NCBI GenBank assembly: GCA_044226015.1 | Contig: JBGAHS010000008.1 | Span: forward strand, 448,001 to 512,000 | Length of the DNA stretch: 64,000 nt | Origin: Candidatus Obscuribacteraceae bacterium | GTDB lineage: Bacteria > Cyanobacteriota > Vampirovibrionia > Obscuribacterales > Obscuribacteraceae | Direction: 5' to 3' | Part shown: positions 61,401-64,000 of the stretch, in pieces | Layout: every line of letters begins with the position of its first letter | Position numbering within the stretch: the first letter of the stretch is position 1 | Program-made: the position numbers and the translations under genes | The notes under the pieces: model-generated | What the model was told of the DNA's origin: nothing | The model's input: only the letters and a program-made list of their open reading frames with translations | Database searches by the model: none

Positions 61401-64000
61401 GGCAGTTTGAATGAATGCATTTGTAGAGGTCAAGTTCAGAGTGCTGCTGCTAGACAGGTTGAAGCGACTGGCAGCGCTTACTCCGATGTTATTACCAGCA
61501 GTAAAGTCGATATCGCCAACATTAGGGGCAGAACCGCCAGGATTGAGAATATCGCGCCCAGCGTTAACAACGAGCTTCCCGTTCGAATCATTAATAGTGA
61601 ATCTGTTAGCGCCAACAGCACCAATACTCACGTCACCAGTAGCACTGGTTGCAGTCAACGAAATAGTTCCGCCAGTGCCTGTACCTGCGGCATTCAAGGT
61701 CAGAGAAGTTGTTGGTCCAGCAAAAGTAGAAGCAAGAATGTCGATGTTTGCTCCGGCAGAGGCTGTGCCGTTAGCATTTATTGAAGTAAGCGTTCCGAGG
61801 CTCACTACGCCATCGATAGCTCCAGCTGTAGCATCTACCTTGATGCTTGCAGCACCTTTGGTCGCATTCGCGCTGGTGGCAGACAATGAGGTCGCAGCCC
61901 CATTGAACAAGATTCCACCGTTTGCAGCACCATTTCCGTTGTTAGCGATAGTGATGGTGTTTGGTGTATCAGCTGCGCCGGCACCATTTGCGGTAAAGTT
62001 GCCGGAGATTGTAAGGAGTCCACTTGAAGCTGAATTAACAGCGATTGCACCGGCCGTGCCACCTGAGGCAGTAGAGGTGATTGCTCCCAGAGTGACGGTG
62101 CCTGTTTCACCAGCAAGTGCATTAAGAGATATGGTGACCGAGCCACCATTACCTGCAGTACCTTGTGAGTTGATGGTGCCGACAGAAATAGAACCTGCGG
62201 TGTTGGATTTGCCTGCGTTAATGATTACATTTCCGCCAGTGCTACCGGAACTGTTCAAAGTGCCCGTTACAGTGACACTGCCACCGGCTTCAAGATCAAT
62301 AGAATTTCCGTTAGTGATAATTGATTTGCCGCCGCCAGCTGTGAGCACCACGTTTCCGGCACTCGACGTGAAGGTTCCAGATGCAGTAATGTCGCTAGCG
62401 GTCGTGGCGATAGTGAGGTTTCCGGTTCCAGCAATCGGATTTCCAGATACAGTCAAAGCGCCAACGTTGAGCAAGTCATAACTTGTTCCAGCAGAATTGG
62501 TGCCAGAAAGTGTGAGCACGCCTGTGTTCCGTACATACACTTCACCAGCAGCTTTCGCCGAGAGAGTTCCAGCACTCGTCTGCAAGCGTGTGGTCGTTCC
62601 AGAATTACCGATGCTTCCTGCGGCATCAAGTGTCAAAGTAGTGGTCGCGGTGAGCACGTTGGCAGCTACACTGTTGATGTTGCCCGCAGCGCTCGTAGTG
62701 ATGCTGATCGCATTTGCATTCACACCTGCATTTACGTCCACATTTCCTGCGGCAGTTAAAGTGAATTTGCCACCACCATTCAGGTTCACACTATTCAGAG
62801 TTACTGCGCCACCAGCATCTAGAACCAGTTTTCCGCCGCCATTCAGGGTGCCAGAGACGGCCAGACCAGTGCTGTCGGAAACGTTGGCGTTTCCAGATGT
62901 TGCCTTGACGATACTCAGCACAGGAGTAGTGACCAAAACAGGACCGGTTCCGGTGGAATCCGCAATATTGCCAGTGGGTGACGACATCGATAGAGAGGCA
63001 GTAGCAACAATTGGGTTAGCGCCGACTGTCTGAGTGATGCCGCTGTTAGTGTTCAGAACAACCGTGGCAGCTCCGATGCCGCTTCCACTTCCAAATGAAA
63101 TGGTGTTGCCTGCTCCGGCAGAATTGTCGAGAGTTACTGTACCAGTACTATTAATCTGACCATTTACAGCTATGGCTCCATTGAGAACCGAGAAGCCGCC
63201 AGCGGTGGTACCAGCACTGAAGTTATGGCTACCCATGTTCAATGTCGAGCCAGCAAGACTCGTGTAGCCGCCTTGACTTTGAAGAACAATGTCATAGTTA
63301 ACTGTAAGATTATGGCCTGCACCAGGTCCATCAGAGAAGATGCCGCCTCCAGTAAAGGCATTCGAGCCAATCACCAGGGTCTGCGCATTGATGTTAGCCA
63401 ATTCAGTGTCATCGATAACGAGGTCATAAGGCATTCCGGCGCGGCCAAATCCAATGGTCTTGCCGTTTGCGTTCTGCTGAATGTTTACACGCACTCCCGC
63501 ATTGTTAGCGCTGTTTATTGTGCCAGGCATGATGAGATCAACAGTTTGAATAGTCACTTGCTTGTTAGCATTGACAGCAATGTCACCATTTACGGTAACT
63601 GTTCCCGTTCCTGCGGTCTGCAAAATGACACCGTTAGAACCGGTCACAGAGCCAACCGTTATGTTAGCATTGTTGCCGCCAACCAGTGAAAAGACACCAT
63701 TGGTAGCAGTCGCGGTGCCAACAGTCACAGACTTAGTATCTGTGACGTAAGCATCGCCATTCGAGGCAGTGATGTTCAGGGCTGGAGTCGTTGTACCAAT
63801 CGCTGCGCCGGAAGAACCAACTGCAGTAGCAGCCGTGAGAGTCACACTAGTGTCGCCGGTGAGTGCTTTTCCGGCCGCCTGGGTTATCGCACCAGTGAAT
63901 GACTGAACTGTCACTACACCTGTCGTACCGGTGGTTCCAAAATTACCGTTCAGAGCAACTGTTGCTCCCTTCACGCTTGCAGAAAGAGGATTGCTTACAT
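46476..64000 (-). CDS. Giant (>5832 aa) beta-strand-repeat protein with tandem C-terminal FecR-like domains; 5' end outside window
   Basis: The frame stays open from 63974 to the window edge, so the GTG start in the ORF track is artificial. Same composition and C-terminal domain as the other two giants. Confidence 0.92.
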   Translation of the reverse strand, partial: VSNPLSASVKGATVALNGNFGTTGTTGVVTVQSFTGAITQAAGKALTGDTSVTLTAATAVGSSGAAIGTTTPALNITASNGDAYVTDTKSVTVGTATATNGVFSLVGGNNANITVGSVTGSNGVILQTAGTGTVTVNGDIAVNANKQVTIQTVDLIMPGTINSANNAGVRVNIQQNANGKTIGFGRAGMPYDLVIDDTELANINAQTLVIGSNAFTGGGIFSDGPGAGHNLTVNYDIVLQSQGGYTSLAGSTLNMGSHNFSAGTTAGGFSVLNGAIAVNGQINSTGTVTLDNSAGAGNTISFGSGSGIGAATVVLNTNSGITQTVGANPIVATASLSMSSPTGNIADSTGTGPVLVTTPVLSIVKATSGNANVSDSTGLAVSGTLNGGGKLVLDAGGAVTLNSVNLNGGGKFTLTAAGNVDVNAGVNANAISITTSAAGNINSVAANVLTATTTLTLDAAGSIGNSGTTTRLQTSAGTLSAKAAGEVYVRNTGVLTLSGTNSAGTSYDLLNVGALTVSGNPIAGTGNLTIATTASDITASGTFTSSAGNVVLTAGGGKSIITNGNSIDLEAGGSVTVTGTLNSSGSTGGNVIINAGKSNTAGSISVGTINSQGTAGNGGSVTISLNALAGETGTVTLGAITSTASGGTAGAIAVNSASSGLLTISGNFTANGAGAADTPNTITIANNGNGAANGGILFNGAATSLSATSANATKGAASIKVDATAGAIDGVVSLGTLTSINANGTASAGANIDILASTFAGPTTSLTLNAAGTGTGGTISLTATSATGDVSIGAVGANRFTINDSNGKLVVNAGRDILNPGGSAPNVGDIDFTAGNNIGVSAASRFNLSSSSTLNLTSTNAFIQTAAINLTGAGFNVSNVFDLQASGAITVSANISGSQTINLTTTANGISGAGSVSAVNVNLNSATSIGTSVASPFKTKASNLTAVANAGDAFLQQDGSVNLGTSSATGAFDLVTISNGTVTITGAGAVAVGAGTGNLRIAPGGTGGIVLGSNPATATFRTTGASSDVILASPAGISTGTNTLKVSSSRDITISGGAVSAIDGGSVQLTAVRNISSTAISTNSSTGTAGNVTISSTGGSGVFALAAITANASGNGNGGVVALTNNTKTGTPFSISGLSVQAKGSGGGTGGTVSILNNGIAAQGNGGISLNGVSGVDVTGGTNGGSINIKALGNGDGAIDFSGFGGLNANAAGIGGNIDIEGSQFTNVGTGIGLSANGAAATPGTIRLNATAGDIKLGNVAGAFDLGATATSNWNITAGNTFTVSSNQVTSGTILVSSTGTATLNAQLGTSNATASAVSITASNIANSALGFVTTGAAGTATLTATSGDVGALGIPLRTQVGNLALSASNAFIGQVNSAIHLNTSTVSGQLYLTSTGGNISASGSTLTGNDIQLTTTNSNSISSVGTINSGTTVKLITSGTGSVTIGNGETVTGASITIDTPSLIMSGTGKIVDNANGGSILIRNNYSNVGIIGVPGTIVINAQNNNTVGFSGAGNSGTINVGIAGGGVNFAASSSINLNPDTAGAVGQVNFNGDVALLDAGAGTGAHVTVTNGKALQVTGSSMTLGDAAQIAVLGGSTTLTFTVPTINVGNGVATSSATIQSGGGAITFDPASSMNIQKGGATTNATLNLRGAASTFTLGGNDLTIASGVTVDSNNAVTATAANFSNSGTLQTSGNNSNINITAGTMTNNASGVIQTSGASADILLSGINLLTNSGKVSSQNAGVTLNVLGGGTVDNQGGLTAGANLTISGAGAMTVRNRAASSIAATGTLDILTTGAGLLKVQNDASSTALGGAVTTIRSTGGGNIDVSNNGAAITASAGDLTIAAQAGGDVTVDGGSSFVSSNNIGISTTNGVVTLGSVVLDAGGSSSVSTGSGAGNKVVNTKSTTVLNGKNLTVTTPILELSTGSSFDASAAGSLFTVTSPSGSDLTVKNLGTGTVGFNFTGGSGNVQFTPGSAGNNVNFQGAGAGSTIAISGGAANTNAVPTISVSGAGNVNFGTGAGAGQIQLSEDSNMVINGATGTLTINGGSSLSTSKSATMTINWNGGTINNVGGVTADGSFATSSTGNLTLSGTGSIVSNKGDITLAATNALNIGGSRTYDVGGTKSVNFVAGNVNFSDTSTQTILNGAAINITSGNIDFNGGTINGTGANGSVFTISNGAGAMSISVNGAETLNSKSAGGAFNINPAGNLNFAASNGSLNFNDANVNFNIASNKNFNQSQSTLAINSNSQLTIGVAGSGSTGTFTNAGTINTSNAAPINVNWAGDINNSGNITSAGAFALNEFSGTLTNSGKISSTGNFNVDASSGGGWTITNTATGTLQSSAAMTLTNNTASTATLSNNNVVSSTNDFIFNGVNAASNISVTGTGSISSSTGNLNFNTTGAKSVSISGNTLNANSGTITVKAGQDATVSSATFNSGGDINVTAGGNTSISGSILSSTSGNIVAQSTVDTTLTGSTFNAFGAGKGVTANATNTLNLGANSYKVGSAGLSLTGSTSIVATGNQSINNVVDAPLSVTTPLLVLSNGGFVASTSKSNTTINNGAGAIIIEVRSGTSTINTNGGSLNISGSSAADAIQIRGQAAAGTGTLNISASNPQLNATAGNITIGNGASGNTGFVNVNSSTSLTATTPATNVLTIGAGFSLNANGGSSDLTINTSSFQNSGTATAGGALTVQNSAGLIATSAGTLSSGTTTTFKGTTVSVTQNGTMTVGSDLSVTASAGQASFGNGGSSTVTGAAKISGTTSAVYSNSASFSSASFSETSGSGSLAFTNSLGTTTVTNAMTLTSNSAAGMTFTVLGTSVVQAGSLSASSTNSSGLMNLFVSAAGGGNGGVRTTSGDISFSSAGKAATGLNGGVIKSAGQLSVSGTTGLSLNGSTTWLSSGATNFSASSVSFAKSQSQSFGGQVVNLTSPSILLADAAFFGTGANPAGTINVFDGSTGDLTIAGPGVNPTNATFTATNINFGTTTAGKNIVLSGAGTFHVDGASNFTTTGAGAISNPLDLTSNGSITMTSSSITNSQSISTTAGGAITLHASNGSITNNGTLNAAGALTLDGGAAGDLVVNLGAGSSSTGNSVSISTANGNLDLNLTGAASIGSSTGTTIQSLAAGKSLSFNTGGLASYNVTGDLAVNAQGATTVNAGVGVTSTGDQVWTVNGGNTITVNGFISDAKSAGAANLQIRSTSGDLFLAGTGTIQTVTPANQAANAINVSSSGVLNLSGTLTYNTQSVGNGGNVNFSAGQTVVQSGSTQLLSTDGGTISFTQNTLTLFDNTAIGSTAASSNVIIQAQPANNLIIQGANPNTATITTGNTGSISILADAGKTINFHNNSGAAADWFSIHLGSDGSVVPGVTSPAVTIGAPGNSPSPTVEQHVRLFINGTATYPAGIIVDGKIVSNSPLIINITDATNQKVQVTGELSGTSVIISSSDTKAPLQILSSNNATIDQTRPPLLEATSGSFIINAANGVVFKAIDGSSKTALVLASDSGTVVLNSGTGSPANFPIPGPIATPSNPNTTVQISSGATIQVKTNGGGFGDFVFNTTNNGSFINNGQLQVQGNSTFNFTTILGAGTGTLTNSTTGALGSGSTPGMQSQGSVAVNFATGGSVTNTSPMAAGYNLGIPNLLPAGARNVTVQATSGDLSVNNTSSIQAANGTTNLLSFTANAGVSPDSITVSGAGIYDAGTGNVNFNTNNGMHVLSNGTIGSNGSASVYTFVSDSLTLDGGNSIQTGAGISVTAPNGVNLGSGSSISSTGNSLITMTSNALVMGGDNSISTAKISGQGIVIQAPNGDDLSISLSNPKTALSTQGADIIIANKNAGNDVNITGAPGTQLNTTTNNAGTLVIGVNSGNLKNNTGVTADNGMLLEGNIDTVAQGSTPTSGNRADLTFNSSGSFYGGDGKVITMRGNTITINDGAEIFTAGSAGGNNVAFIGNTLNLGVNGANPTLNVSGNAMSFQTNGASNLQVNLGTSGGGIAKIALGSAGAYNFNMAANETVSVNSSFGASTLFLSNGDANFNTSGAAGGVNIGSNQTVRNDGDINMHIDGGTLNNAGNVLTSKANGTIAITSTGDMTISGGGTIKNAGGNVINVNLSSGGILNKITFNGDQTIGDPAGKLPAGGDVSITSGTLAFNNATLSINSAVSSDLNIATDNINVNGNGAIKTSDNPRGITFSPTSQFIVTGNAGSKFSVLTGGKAVSINPTGKTGILFAVRSSELVVDGDLSVVSNSIELASGLGGGKLTLGTAVTSTNVLTLLPDTAVKNVFLGGAGLLGAYSMSSGDFSAIHAATVNIGSQTMTAGIQQDALNVSGVPGVGNAYTLNMATNSASGISNANNGVLSATNASFYARTGGIDVKVAMSSAGANPATLSFVAGKDAKVVNTGVSQLHLSSMPNLFGLSSKQITVGGKFELQSTASAVALDAGKSINFTDASSNTFILAAGGDITRGDNSSLIIFKSSTPSATISTLAGNIGTAADPITFATSAVTPGSSKATLTLSMPGNQPGEVHLQFANKVVTATNIVAASDMSLHVPNITNDFSISSGTQITLTNRNTLDGKAFATTGVTVQNTNIDSGVIDAPVIFLDGKALNPATKLTQHGIANGGAGDHYIYGDAGGLLIKLSGSVGNPGNQTFLNIGSATNALRSTKTIEFDFEGAGYGTAFNLNLNNKVSAEDSMSVTVEHGDLNMPWRGSNSVIDVNGGRIDLNAPFGSVTMDLETALGSVNAIAGGAAIAKPVAPGFFLVDSNGNSVLDTGWDTSHSDLNITVRNNADAKGSSVPVIFGGLGGYMKSTSGSVTIRALDPNQKAANEAAITNGGLIVGGSDLVVQDGTTISAAFNVTIVGTKQITLGNVIEYNVNASPTTQGGSNPVSVGSTPVGITVSAGQFADGFAYDLGKGPSVQQTQMWSTWKNNTNFTGYGKCPLCIPLNMSSTAAGMPFKSVGRVLIDNRNPYNPGAPIFGGVVGSSKDQASGGYQASGSVTGQGPRNIVFGYNVNLTSWGGSLDMNNFNDNGDPSTWSQGTINGGTIINSANSFVAGQKLTLGSYGGNVIVDVANRIVLSAGGGDVSSAKPNNIFSVSMIVPDAKQVVNTFAGVMSNGKAGFLTQTTTFHANGSSSSVTVDCPSCSTASTTTQLIQENPLVIALKTDYGKKAPLDNSALAPGGFEMFNHTGGAVGLYAGVPTGVYPSVNGTPGSTLITPAQQLQFASQQRNAVTLVNVFDNGASPLGFKPAANNFASATSGRTGGLTVVMTEQGPNQNPSGPPENIPGKTITNGNIFNAAGGIIVIDPPAGAGVDLAGATNVYTTSPPIVVASDVPVVIPPGGTVEGVNVIVQTSSNTVPSFNSVGSGIVATDATRTVNIQLQQNAQYLLDQSALKKNAAQATNAYYIAGGACQPFFLEDDDDTMMVGEKGTAFKADNRTVTLQQGKIVAMVGKQPIKVNTGFGDVSVAGNSAAVIQQTADGITRVANLSGNEATITVNRNGEIKTITAKAGEEICLADASLSDEELIPVDGVDREPIVGSITVPGIKIRASKFDQKMMMNKEKLLVCNAGSFYQTRNKIKNLKDKVDKEAKPLAPRPGSGSSPKPLQKSMLELPTIMPAGVGAVTEIGSTEGIGSDDASEAVLKPISFNGSTGVSGSIHTFTTHTAVVKHGKASISFDHPTVMQLTNGEVLVSTDKLTVVKTPHSMVMIQPNTIALVTVADKVTKVRNLWELGHGDIRQLVADGKYVDIAAGEESVLGWDQTGVNRALSKDTMGRRKVRGIPVPNGMYMQRAEVPLPTLMQAENSEFLQDLVNSSNPADKAIANKLVKMAAVLTQVTARHGQFVQVAAPAQKEK

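Noticed and set aside
20670..63750. Dozens of plus-strand ORFs (e.g. 42538-43581, 61411-62481) overlapping the minus-strand giants
   Set aside because: Antisense shadows: the Pro/Leu/Val-rich translations (PPLP = reverse of GxGG codons) follow from the biased codons of the real genes.
63972..63974. GTG start for the 5832 aa ORF
   Set aside because: The frame is open to the window edge and there is no signal peptide or N-terminal module; the true start lies outside the window.

Overview
Bacterial genomic window. The left 10 kb carries a Tat-exported PaoABC/YagTSR-type molybdo-flavo-iron-sulfur aldehyde oxidoreductase operon (paoC cut by the window edge), several hypothetical or secreted proteins, a 2H-phosphoesterase-like gene, a stand-alone LuxR-type HTH gene and a strongly structured intergenic element. 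About 51 kb of the rest encodes three giant Gly/Ser/Thr/Asn/Ala-rich beta-solenoid-like proteins: 2498 aa (+), 8634 aa (-) and >5832 aa (-, 5' end outside the window). A Skp/OmpH chaperone gene and a DUF3060-like secreted protein gene lie between the first two. All three giants end in the same ~160 aa FecR-like domain with a terminal L(L/V)K(T/M)AAxL helix, and the third carries it twice. The two complete ones also share a ~390 aa N-terminal module that ends at a conserved Asp-Pro. None has an autotransporter barrel, TPS NPNG motifs, RTX nonapeptides or a transporter gene in the window. This suggests an undescribed export/anchoring system for giant surface proteins. The gene style recalls Melainabacteria/Obscuribacterales, but that is only an impression. 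All alignments were made by eye; no database searches were run.
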